From NCBI GenBank assembly GCA_050115495.1, contig JASFQK010000001.1, positions 160,001 to 224,000 of the forward strand: DNA of 64,000 nt, read 5' to 3'. Positions 10,979 to 19,511 of this stretch are shown here, in pieces. Both the position numbers and the translations under genes were made by a program. This DNA is from Phycisphaerae bacterium. GTDB lineage: Bacteria; Planctomycetota; Phycisphaerae; UBA1845; Fen-1342. The notes under the pieces were generated by a model that was given only the letters and a program-made list of their open reading frames with translations, had not been told where the DNA came from and made no database searches. Each line of letters starts with the position of its first letter. The first letter of the stretch is position 1.

Positions 10979-12217
10979 TCATGGCGTGGGTGGGTTGGCC
11001 GGTTGTTGAAGGTGGAAGGTCTGGTGGACGGCCTGAAGGGCGCGGTCGGCGTTTGCTGTTCGCACCAAAACGCTGATTACGATTTCACTGGTGGAGATGT
11101 TCTCGATGTTGATCTCTTCGGCGGCGAGGGCGTCGAAGAGGCGGGCGGCGACGCCGGTGTGCGTGCGCATGCCGAGGCCGACGACGCTCAGCCGGGCGAG
11201 GTCGGGTTCGACGGCGACTTCGGCGGCGGTGTGGCGGGTGGCGATGAGCTCGGCGGCGGCCTGGGCGGCACCGATGACCTGGGCGTCGACGGTGAAGGCG
11301 ATGTTGGCCTTGGTACCGCCGGCGGAGGCGGTCTGGATGATGTCGTCGACGTTGATGCCCTGGCGGGCGAGGGGTTCGAAGATGGCGGCTTCGATGCCGG
11401 GGCGGTTGGGGAGGCCGACGATCGTGACGCGGCCGACGTCGCGCTTGAGCGAGCAGCCGCGGACGACCACTTCTTCGAGGTCGGGGGATTCGTTCATGAT
11501 GATGGTTCCGGGGTTGTCGGTGAGGCTGCTGCGCACGTGGATCGGGATGTTGAAGCGCTTGCCGAGTTCGACGGAGCGCGTGTGCATGACGCCGGCGCCG
11601 AGGGAGGCCAGCTCGAGCATCTCGTCGTAACTGATGCGCTCGATCCGGCGGGCGGTCGGGACCAGCCGCGGGTCGGCGGTGTAGACGCCGTCGACGTCGG
11701 TGTAGATCTCGCAGGCTTCGGCGTGCAGAGCGGCGGCGAGGGCGACGGCGGCGGTGTCGCTGCCGCCACGGCCGAGCGTGGTGATATTGAAGTCGGGGTC
11801 GACGCCCTGGAAGCCGGCGATGATGACGATGCGGCCCTGGTCGAGCAGCCGGCGGATGCGGTCGGCGTTGATGGAGCGGATGCGGGCCTGCGTGTGGTGG
11901 CTGTCGGTGAGCATGCCGACCTGGGCGCCGGTCAGGCTGATGGCGTCGTAGCCGGCTTCGTGGATCGCCATGGCAACGAGGGCGATGCTGACCTGCTCGC
12001 CCGTGGCCAGGAGCATGTCCATTTCGCGCTTGGAGGGGTGGCGGGTGACCTGGTAGGCGAGGCGGACGAGTTCGTCCGTCGTGTCGCCCATCGCCGAGAC
12101 GACGAGGACGACCTGGCGGCCTTCGAGCATCGCGCGCACGGCCCGCCGGGCGGCGAGGTGGATGCGAAACGCGTCGCCGACGCTGGTGCCACCGAATTTT
12201 TGGACGAGGATGGGCAT
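10979..12217 (-). CDS. lysC: Aspartate kinase with two ACT domains
   Basis: [37 protein letters not shown]. Confidence 0.96.
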   Translation of the reverse strand: MPILVQKFGGTSVGDAFRIHLAARRAVRAMLEGRQVVLVVSAMGDTTDELVRLAYQVTRHPSKREMDMLLATGEQVSIALVAMAIHEAGYDAISLTGAQVGMLTDSHHTQARIRSINADRIRRLLDQGRIVIIAGFQGVDPDFNITTLGRGGSDTAAVALAAALHAEACEIYTDVDGVYTADPRLVPTARRIERISYDEMLELASLGAGVMHTRSVELGKRFNIPIHVRSSLTDNPGTIIMNESPDLEEVVVRGCSLKRDVGRVTIVGLPNRPGIEAAIFEPLARQGINVDDIIQTASAGGTKANIAFTVDAQVIGAAQAAAELIATRHTAAEVAVEPDLARLSVVGLGMRTHTGVAARLFDALAAEEINIENISTSEIVISVLVRTANADRALQAVHQTFHLQQPANPPTP

Positions 12218-12219
12218 GG
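12147..12219 (-). repeat. Direct repeat copy 1 (lysC 5' end, 73 bp)
   Basis: Matches 14895-14967 at 71 of 73 positions. Confidence 0.95.
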
Positions 12220-12256
12220 CATTTTGGGGCGGCGGGGTCTCCGATTCCGCGGTGAC

Positions 12257-12268
12257 ATTATACCGCGG
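12257..12268 (-). promoter_or_regulatory. -10 element of lysC (CCGCGGTATAAT)
   Basis: TATAAT about 40 bp upstream of the ATG; same 12-mer at 15007-15018. Confidence 0.6.
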
Positions 12269-12422
12269 GGAAGGCGGGAGGCCTGGCGCGCGTTTGCGGC
12301 AGCCCCAAGTCTGAGGTTTTCGGTCACGGCGAGTGCATGAGGCGGGCGTTGAGTGGAGGAGGGGTCGCCGCGGAACCGGGGTTGTCTGCGAGCGTGGTCA
12401 TCGCACGTTGCGGCACCGCGTT

Positions 12423-14648
12423 TCAGGATGTCGCTGCGAGCGACGCCCACGGCTCGGCTCGCAGGTTGGGCATTTGCAGGAGCAGGGACCGTACTTCGGA
12501 GTTGCGGGCTCGGACAGGATGGACAACGAAGTTGCCGCGTCCGTCACTTCGTTTGCTCAACCACCCTTGCCGTTCAAGTTTGGTGGTTATTCGTCTGGCC
12601 AAAGCGACCATTCCCGGGTCAATGCCCCGAAGGAGGGCCGACATGTTCCGTCCCCTGCCGTGTTGGAGGTAGACCTTCCTGAGGACAATAATGCCGAGCT
12701 TGACAGCGTCCGGCACCGCCATCTCCATGACCTCGGCGTTCGTGTTCGGAAAGTTGAATCGTAACACCGTCGCATGAAGCCACGTTGGCAGTTCGCCCTG
12801 CTGTGATGCCCCATCCAAGACACCGATGAGGCAATCGACGAAGCGGACGCCATCGGGGGCGGAGGCGCTCCCGATGCTAAGCAGGTCGAAGCAGCAATCC
12901 TCGAACGTGACGTCCCGGATGCTCCAGTCGTCAAGCACCACCGCACTGATGAAGGCATTTGCAATCACCAATTCTCGGTAGCTAACCGACCCAGCCATGT
13001 GTGCACTTGTACATACCGCATCAGCAAGTAACGTTGGGTCACACGAGTGACGTGCGCTTTCGTGCGCCCAGGTTACGAGGTCCTTTGCCTTTGCGCTGGA
13101 TGCGCAGAGCACGCTCGACGCGACCATTTGCCCGAGTGTGCCCAGAGGGTGCCTAATGGGCTGATCCTGCATACTGTCATTCAGAACTCCCCGCACGAGA
13201 CGTGCGATCCCCATTCCCGCCAGCGCATCAGCCCATTCCTCATCCACGAACCACTTGCGTCCTTCTCCGCGAAATGTGATTCCTGGAAGACGCTGCAGTA
13301 TAGTCCAAGCGTCTTGGTCGGGCTGATGGCCGGTGGCGAGGCGAAACGCATGTTCCAGGTCTGTGTCTGCGATCGGTCCGAGGATCTGTGGCTCTCGTCG
13401 CATGACATGCGCAAGGCTGGCCAGGACGCCCACAATTGCGTCCTTGTCCATGGCTGTCGCGATCTTCGCCTCTCGACCACAGATCATGTTGATGACCTGT
13501 CGCCAGGCATCTCCAACATCGTCCTCTTCCACGATGCCGGTTATTTCGTTGATGTAGCCAGTCTGCGCGAGATAGCTGAGAAGCAGTGGCCGCCGAGGTA
13601 ACCATCGGGAGAGCCGCGCTTCGATATTGTACTGCTTGAGGAATGTAGCGGCTTCGTTGGCCGCAAGCTCGCGAAGCTCCAGAATGGTTACCGCATCTGG
13701 GCTGATATCGAGAGCTTGACAGAGTTCCTCTTCGGACGGAAAGTAGTGTGTGCGGCCACTGATCAACACGCCGCACTTGCTGGGTCGCTGCTCCAGTATA
13801 CGCCGGACTGCAGTCAGCGCTTTCCGACGTACTTTGTCCAATGTAAGGCGATCGTATGCCCAAGGTTGAGGGGCAACCTCGTCGAAGCCGTCGAGAAGCA
13901 GGGTGATGAAGCCCTCCTGCCATGCCCGAAACAACTGCAGTCCGGCGATGCTCCCAAGCTTCTGTGCATGACGGAGGAACACTTCATCTGGGGACTCCTG
14001 GCCCCAGTGTTCGCGGAGGTTAATGGCCACGGGGAAGGGGGCCAACAGCGTTTGATCGGACTCGAGGCGGCGGTATACATCACGGGTGGTCAGGCTCTTG
14101 CCCGCGCCGAAATCCCCCAGCAAGATGACGACCTTGCCGGCGCGCAGTTGTGCGACAATCCAGTCGATATCTACGTCCTTGCTTGCAGAGCGCAGCAGTA
14201 TGGGCGTTGCATATCGAGGAAGGTCGTTCGTGGCCACTTTGCCGAGGGGATCTGCCGCGCTGCCAAAGCTGTGTAGTGGACGCAGATGTTGATACTCGGT
14301 TCGGCACAGGACTGGCTCGCTGAACTCTTCGGCGCTGACCAAAGACACGCCCGAGGAGCGGGCAAGTTGCCGCTGCTGGGGTGTGGGATCCACGAGCATG
14401 ACCATCCACGGTTCGACAACGAAGGCTGTCTTGCCCTCTTCGCGCTTCGCGGCCACGAGTTTGTTCATGTCGGCGCGGACTTTTTCCATGTCGCGCTCAA
14501 TTGTGGCCTCAACGAGGTACGTACGGTCGTTCAGCCGCAAGACGCCGTCGATTTGGCTTCCGGCGAGGGTCTCAGAGCCGCCGCTTGCGCCTGGCCAGCG
14601 GACTTTGGCCAAGCGGCGCACATATGCCTCAAACTCATCTGGTCGCAT
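12423..14648 (-). CDS. NACHT/STAND NTPase with N-terminal restriction-endonuclease-like domain (bacterial NLR-like)
   Basis: GGAGG upstream of ATG 14648; N-terminal FExxV...IDG...VEAT; Walker A GDFGAGKS; Walker B LLLDGFDE; SGR sensor; PLLL motif. Confidence 0.8.
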   Translation of the reverse strand: MRPDEFEAYVRRLAKVRWPGASGGSETLAGSQIDGVLRLNDRTYLVEATIERDMEKVRADMNKLVAAKREEGKTAFVVEPWMVMLVDPTPQQRQLARSSGVSLVSAEEFSEPVLCRTEYQHLRPLHSFGSAADPLGKVATNDLPRYATPILLRSASKDVDIDWIVAQLRAGKVVILLGDFGAGKSLTTRDVYRRLESDQTLLAPFPVAINLREHWGQESPDEVFLRHAQKLGSIAGLQLFRAWQEGFITLLLDGFDEVAPQPWAYDRLTLDKVRRKALTAVRRILEQRPSKCGVLISGRTHYFPSEEELCQALDISPDAVTILELRELAANEAATFLKQYNIEARLSRWLPRRPLLLSYLAQTGYINEITGIVEEDDVGDAWRQVINMICGREAKIATAMDKDAIVGVLASLAHVMRREPQILGPIADTDLEHAFRLATGHQPDQDAWTILQRLPGITFRGEGRKWFVDEEWADALAGMGIARLVRGVLNDSMQDQPIRHPLGTLGQMVASSVLCASSAKAKDLVTWAHESARHSCDPTLLADAVCTSAHMAGSVSYRELVIANAFISAVVLDDWSIRDVTFEDCCFDLLSIGSASAPDGVRFVDCLIGVLDGASQQGELPTWLHATVLRFNFPNTNAEVMEMAVPDAVKLGIIVLRKVYLQHGRGRNMSALLRGIDPGMVALARRITTKLERQGWLSKRSDGRGNFVVHPVRARNSEVRSLLLQMPNLRAEPWASLAATS

Positions 14649-14894
14649 GGGCGGTTGCCTCCAAACATGGTGGCTGGAAGGGCAAAACTGATAGTTCAGA
14701 CGGCCTTGGGTAAGAGCCAAGCCTGTCGGATACCGCACTGCAACATCTGAAGAAGGCAGAACACCCCAACTGCATGTCCACCAGAATGAGTATACCGCGA
14801 GGGGGGGCGCGGCACAAGAGACCTCAAGGAAGGGAGCTGTCGCGCCAGGGTTGGTCCCGTGGTTCTGGTGTGCGTTGGAGGCGTTTTCGCGTCG

Positions 14895-14967
14895 CGGGCG
14901 GCGAGGTGGATGCGAAAGGCGTCGCCGACGCTGGTGCCACCGAATTTCTGGACGAGGATGGGCATGG
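14895..14967 (-). pseudogene. Orphan lysC 5' fragment (about 24 codons); direct repeat copy 2
   Basis: Encodes [24 protein letters not shown], identical to the LysC N-terminus, then diverges. Confidence 0.9.
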
Positions 14968-15028
14968 GGTTAGGGTGCGGACGATTCAGTTGGTGCCGCG
15001 CGGGGGATTATACCGCGGCGGGAGGAGG

Positions 15029-15105
15029 GAGTCAGAAGTCAGGAGTCAGAAGGCGCGAGGGCGGGCGCGTGATGAGGAGGACGGAGGAGATTTGAGATCT
15101 CAGAT
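15029..15105 (+). repeat. Short heptamer tandem tracts (GTCAGAA/GTCAGGA; GAGATTT/GAGATCT)
   Basis: gagtcagaagtcaggagtcagaa and gagatttgagatctcagatt read directly. Confidence 0.6.
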
Positions 15106-15168
15106 TGGCGGCCGCCCAGGGCGAGCGGCGGTTGCGTAGAGATACAGGCGAGGAGATGCGGATTGAGG

Positions 15169-15196
15169 CACTGGTGGGCAAGCCACCAGTGGCACC
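15169..15196. repeat. REP-like palindrome / possible terminator hairpin downstream of queA
   Basis: CACTGGTGG-GCAAG-CCACCAGTG-GCACC, perfect 9-bp stem. Confidence 0.65.
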
Positions 15197-15213
15197 GAGC
15201 GATGGTTGGTGCG

Positions 15214-16251
15214 TTAGAGGATCAGCATGGCGTCGCCGTAGCTGTAGAAGCGGTAGGCGCGGGTGATGGCTTCGGTGTAGGCGGTGAGGATTTGGTCGCG
15301 GGTGGCGAAGGCCATGACGAGGGCTAGTAATGTGCTGCCGGGGAGGTGGAAGTTGGTGATCAGGCGGTCCACGTGGCGGAACGTGTACGGGGGGTAGATG
15401 AAGATGTTGGTCCAGCCCGAGGCCGGGGCGGTGTCGAGGGCTGGTAGGGATTCGAGGACGCGGACGGACGTCGTGCCGACCGCGACGAGACGGCCGCCGG
15501 CGGCGCGGGTCTGACGCAGCGTGGCGAGCGCGGGGGCGGCGATGTCGTACCACTCGGCGTGCATGGGGTGATCGGCGAGGTCGTCCACCTCGATCGGGGC
15601 GAAGGTGCCGAGGCCGACGTGTAGGGTGACATTCGCCTGGCCGACGCCGGCGGCGGACAGGTGGGCGAGCAGCTCGGACGTGAAGTGCAGGCCGGCGGTC
15701 GGGGCGGCGACAGCGCCGGGACGGTTGGCGAAGACGGTCTGATAACGCTCGCGGTCCGCCTGGTCGGGCTCGCCGTGGCGGCCGGCGGTGTCGGGACGGA
15801 TGTAGGGCGGCAGGGGCGGCTGGCCGGCGCGGTCGAGGAACTCGATCGCGGGGACATCGGGGTCGGGCCGGGCCTGCCAGGCGCCACGCTGGCCGCGGTC
15901 GGTTAGGATGAGGTCGCCGCCGGCGTCGCAAGTCAGGCGTTCGCCGACCTTCAGCCGGGCGGAGGGCTTCAGGAGCAGGTGCCAAAGCCCGGCCTCTTCG
16001 CGGAGGAAAAGGGCCTCGATCCGACCGCCGGTGGCGCGGCGGCAGAAGAACCGGGCGGGTATGACGCGGGTGTCGTTGAGGATGAGGCAGTCGCCGGGAT
16101 CGAGGTATTCGGGCAGGTCGCGGAAGGTGCGGTGCTCGATGCGGCCGGTGTCGCGGTGGAGGACGAGGAGTCGGGAGGCGTCCCGGGGCTCCGCCGGCCG
16201 CTGGGCGATGAGGTTGGGGGGCAGGTCGTAGTGAAGATCAGCGAGGCGCAT
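15214..16251 (-). CDS. queA: S-adenosylmethionine:tRNA ribosyltransferase-isomerase
   Basis: LNDTRVIPAR, PLPPYI, YQTVFA, AAPTAGLHFT, TLHVGLGTF, TNFHLP, YRFYSYGDAM. Confidence 0.97.
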   Translation of the reverse strand: MRLADLHYDLPPNLIAQRPAEPRDASRLLVLHRDTGRIEHRTFRDLPEYLDPGDCLILNDTRVIPARFFCRRATGGRIEALFLREEAGLWHLLLKPSARLKVGERLTCDAGGDLILTDRGQRGAWQARPDPDVPAIEFLDRAGQPPLPPYIRPDTAGRHGEPDQADRERYQTVFANRPGAVAAPTAGLHFTSELLAHLSAAGVGQANVTLHVGLGTFAPIEVDDLADHPMHAEWYDIAAPALATLRQTRAAGGRLVAVGTTSVRVLESLPALDTAPASGWTNIFIYPPYTFRHVDRLITNFHLPGSTLLALVMAFATRDQILTAYTEAITRAYRFYSYGDAMLIL

Positions 16252-16372
16252 GGGTGGCGGGTCACCATTCCAATCGAGGGCACGGTCTATAAGCGCATCG
16301 CCGAGGATGCTGCTCTAGAATAGGCGGTGGTTTGGTGGGAAACCAGCCACCCGTGGCCGATGGAGGCGAGAC

Positions 16373-17476
16373 ATGGATCGGCCGGACACTGTCGTGGTTC
16401 GGGGTCGTTGTGCGTGCGGGAAGCGGTATCGGATCGCGAACGCCCGCCCGGACGTGGTGGTGTCGTGTCCGCATTGCCGACGGGCGATACGGATCACGGC
16501 GGCCGACCTGCAAGCCGCCGCCGCCGGGATGCAGCTCAAGCCGATGCAGCCGACGGATTCATCGGACCTGGAGCTGGTCCCGATGGAGTCGCAGACGCTA
16601 CGGCCGGCGGGTGTGGGGAGCGAGGTGGGGTTGACGGGTCAGCGGGAGGTGGGGTCGGACGAAGTGGCGGCGTCGGGGGCGCAGCAACGGGTGCCGTCGC
16701 GGCCGCCGGTCATGGCGATGGCTGGGGGGCCGGACGGCTCGCCGATGGGGCGGCGGGGGTTCGTGAGTGACCTGGTGTCGAGCTTCTGGTTCGCCGGGCA
16801 GGCCCAGAATGCGTTCAACCTGCTGGCGGTCGCCGCCGGTCTGTCAGTGCCGCTGATCGCGGCGAGTCTGCTCGGCATGGTGTTCGGCCTGTTCGGGGCG
16901 ATCATCGGGTTGTTGTTCGTGGCTTTTGCGGTCGTCTACGCGGTGCAGTTCTATTGGCGGACGATGACGGACACGGCCGGGGGCGAGGATAACATCCCGC
17001 TGATTCAGGCAGACGTCGACATCGTGGACGATGCGGTGAAGCCCGCGATGTGGATGTTGGTGATCACGCTGGCGTGCACGTTTCCGGCGATCCTGACGTA
17101 CTGGTACGCGCCGGACGTCCCGTGGCGGCAGGCGGCGGTGCTGGGCGTGCTCGGGGTGGGCTCGCTGCTGTGGCCGATGGCGTTGCTGTCGGTGGCCATC
17201 GGGCAGAACCTAGCGTTTCTCCGGCCGGACTGGCTGGTGCGGAGCATCGTGGCGGTGGGGCCGGTGTACCTGCTGGCCTGCGCGCAGACGGCGGCGGTGC
17301 TGGTGGCCCTGTACCTGCTGCTGACCACGGACGTGGACACCGGTTTGCCGTCGATCGTGCAGTTCGTGTACATGGTGCTGTGGATCCTCGGGGGGCTGTA
17401 TCTGGGCTACGTGCTGTTTCGGACGCTGGGGCTGCTATACCGCCATTTCGGTCATCGGTTTCCCTGGCAGTTCTGA
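16373..17476 (+). CDS. Zinc-ribbon plus multi-pass membrane protein
   Basis: N-terminal CACG...CPHC; about six hydrophobic segments. Confidence 0.75.
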   Translation: MDRPDTVVVRGRCACGKRYRIANARPDVVVSCPHCRRAIRITAADLQAAAAGMQLKPMQPTDSSDLELVPMESQTLRPAGVGSEVGLTGQREVGSDEVAASGAQQRVPSRPPVMAMAGGPDGSPMGRRGFVSDLVSSFWFAGQAQNAFNLLAVAAGLSVPLIAASLLGMVFGLFGAIIGLLFVAFAVVYAVQFYWRTMTDTAGGEDNIPLIQADVDIVDDAVKPAMWMLVITLACTFPAILTYWYAPDVPWRQAAVLGVLGVGSLLWPMALLSVAIGQNLAFLRPDWLVRSIVAVGPVYLLACAQTAAVLVALYLLLTTDVDTGLPSIVQFVYMVLWILGGLYLGYVLFRTLGLLYRHFGHRFPWQF

Positions 17477-17571
17477 GGCGGGGCGCGCGGGGGACGATAA
17501 TTCACTTGTGCGTCTGCGCGCCTGAGTTATACTCCGATCAGGATGCGGACACGGAGGTCTGCGAGCAAAAC

Positions 17572-18552
17572 ATGCGTTCACGACACGTCCAAGTAGTTGT
17601 TTCCCTCGATCGAGTTCGTGCTTCCGCCGAAGCGATCCGCCGATCCGTGCGGGCGCGGCTGATTGCCGTGGTGAAGGCGGATGCGTACGGGTTGGGCGCG
17701 CCGCAGGTGGCGGATGCGCTGGCCTCGGTCGTGGATGAGTTCGCGTATTTCTCGATCCACGAAGCCCGCGAAGTCGGCCGGGCCGGAGTGGTACTCGGAC
17801 CACCCGATTGCGACGCGGCCGCGTACCGCGAGTTGAACCTGCGCCCGCCGGTGGCGAACCTCGAACAGGCGGCGCGCTTCGCGGGTCTGCCCGTCGCGGT
17901 GAAGGTGGACACGGGCATGCAACGGTTCGGCTGTCCGCCGGAGGGGCTGGACGCGCTGTTGAAGAGCTGCCACGCGGTGGACATCTTCACGCACGCGATG
18001 GAGCTGCCGGCGGTGCGGCGGCTGCGCGAGCTGTGCGGCGGACGCGGGCCGTGGCTGCACGCGGCGTCGACGTCGCTGTTGGGTTGTGAGGAGGCGTGGC
18101 TCGACGGCGTGCGGCCGGGACTGGCGCTGTATCGCGGCGCGGCGCGCGTGTCGGTGCCGCTGCAACTGGTGCGGGACACGTCCGGCGGCGTCGGGTATAC
18201 GCAGTTCACCTGTCCGCGCGTCGGCGTCATTCTTGCCGGCTACAGCAATCACCTGCGCCAGGCGCCGGTGGTCATCAACGGGCGTCGGCAGCAGTTGCTC
18301 GAAGTGGGCATGAACACGGCGTTCGTCTCGGTCGATCCGCGTGACCGGGCGGGCGACGACGTGGTGCTGCTGGGCGACGGGCTGACCGAGGCGGAACTCG
18401 CTGGACACTTCGGCTGCCGCGAGCACGAAATTCTGTGCATGTACACGGCGATGGGTCAGCGCAGCCACGTGACGGCGCCGGCGGGTGGAACGCCGACGGA
18501 GGGTTGCTGCCGGGCGCCGGCGACTGGACAGGCCTGTACGTCGGGCTCGTAG
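17572..18552 (+). CDS. Alanine racemase-family PLP enzyme (short, divergent)
   Basis: AVVKADAYG (PLP lysine), KVDTGMQRFG, VRPGLALY, VGY; in-frame ATG at 17572. Confidence 0.85.
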   Translation: MRSRHVQVVVSLDRVRASAEAIRRSVRARLIAVVKADAYGLGAPQVADALASVVDEFAYFSIHEAREVGRAGVVLGPPDCDAAAYRELNLRPPVANLEQAARFAGLPVAVKVDTGMQRFGCPPEGLDALLKSCHAVDIFTHAMELPAVRRLRELCGGRGPWLHAASTSLLGCEEAWLDGVRPGLALYRGAARVSVPLQLVRDTSGGVGYTQFTCPRVGVILAGYSNHLRQAPVVINGRRQQLLEVGMNTAFVSVDPRDRAGDDVVLLGDGLTEAELAGHFGCREHEILCMYTAMGQRSHVTAPAGGTPTEGCCRAPATGQACTSGS

Positions 18553-18566
18553 CGACGGGGGATGGT

Positions 18567-19511
18567 TCAGGGTGAGGCGGGGGCCTGCTGTTCTATTGTG
18601 CGCATCATGCGCTTGGCGTCGGCGTTGCCGGGCCAGATGCGAAGGGATTCTTCGAGGTGGCGGCGGGCTTCGGTCCAGTTGCCCTGGCGGCCGTAGATGA
18701 ACGCCAGGTGGTTGTGCGTCTTGGCGATCTCGGGGTCGTGCTCCTGGAGCTGGCGGATGAGCTCGACGTCGTAGCGGGCGAACTCTTCCGGGCTGATGGG
18801 CTGGGCGGCGAGGGCTTCGACGGCGGCCAGTCGCGCGGGGTCCTCGGCGTATGCTTCGCGGCTGCGGAGGATCATCTGCTGATAGGACCGGCGCACGTCC
18901 ATCTGGGCGGCGAGCGCGGTCTCCAGGGCACGGAGGGCTTCATCGAACCGTTCCGTCTGGCTGTAGAGCGCGCCGAGGCGGGCGTAGACGTTGCCCGCTT
19001 CGAGGCCGGCGTCGGCGGCTTGTTGGAAGCACGCGATGGCTTCGTCGGGTTGCTGGGCGGTTTCGTGGATGTCGCCGAGGTGGTACTGAATGACGCCGCG
19101 CAGGTGCGGGCCGGGGTCGAGCTGCAAAGCCTGTTCGAGCAGTTGGCGGCCGGCGTCGGTCTGGCGGGCGCGGACGCGGGCGATGCCGAGATTGGCCACG
19201 ACCTGGGGTTGATCGGGTTCGATCTCAAGTGAGGCGTCGTACTGGGCGATGGCGGAGCCGTAGTTGCCTTTGCGCAGCTCGGCGTCGCCGTAGTTCTTGT
19301 AGGTGCGGGCTTCGGCGGTCTTGCCGTGCTGGGCGGCGGGCTGGATCCACTGCGGGCGGCGCCAGGCGATGACGCCGAAGGACATGAGCAGGGCCCAGAC
19401 GATCAGCAGCGCCCAGGTGAAGAGGGTGCGCGTGTGCGACCGGCCGTCCGCGGGCGGTAGCGGGGCCGGCGCGGGGCGATCAGCACGTGCTGTGAAGGAC
19501 GAATAGAACAC
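18567..19511 (-). CDS. Membrane-anchored tetratricopeptide repeat protein
   Basis: One TM segment then TPR-like repeats (YGDAELRKGNYGSAIAQY, HNHLAFIYGRQGNWTEA). Confidence 0.8.
   Translation of the reverse strand: MFYSSFTARADRPAPAPLPPADGRSHTRTLFTWALLIVWALLMSFGVIAWRRPQWIQPAAQHGKTAEARTYKNYGDAELRKGNYGSAIAQYDASLEIEPDQPQVVANLGIARVRARQTDAGRQLLEQALQLDPGPHLRGVIQYHLGDIHETAQQPDEAIACFQQAADAGLEAGNVYARLGALYSQTERFDEALRALETALAAQMDVRRSYQQMILRSREAYAEDPARLAAVEALAAQPISPEEFARYDVELIRQLQEHDPEIAKTHNHLAFIYGRQGNWTEARRHLEESLRIWPGNADAKRMMRTIEQQAPASP

Larger units (their letters stand above)
12220..14894. mobile_element. Integrase-less genomic islet between duplicated lysC 5' ends
   Basis: Visibly lower GC and atypical codon usage; flanked by a 73-bp direct repeat; single cargo gene. 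Confidence 0.65.

Noticed and set aside
10784..12340. Long opposite-strand ORFs (also 26400-28124, 40026-41354, 51740-53758, 55899-57653, 60567-61964)
   Set aside because: Antisense shadows of well-supported genes, expected in GC-rich DNA; no recognisable motifs
12220..12420. Lysine riboswitch upstream of lysC
   Set aside because: The -10 box is only about 40 bp from the ATG, leaving no room, and no consensus was recognised
14696..14965. 89-aa ORF starting like aspartate kinase
   Set aside because: Only the first 24 codons match LysC; the rest is read-through. Treated as a displaced fragment, not a gene
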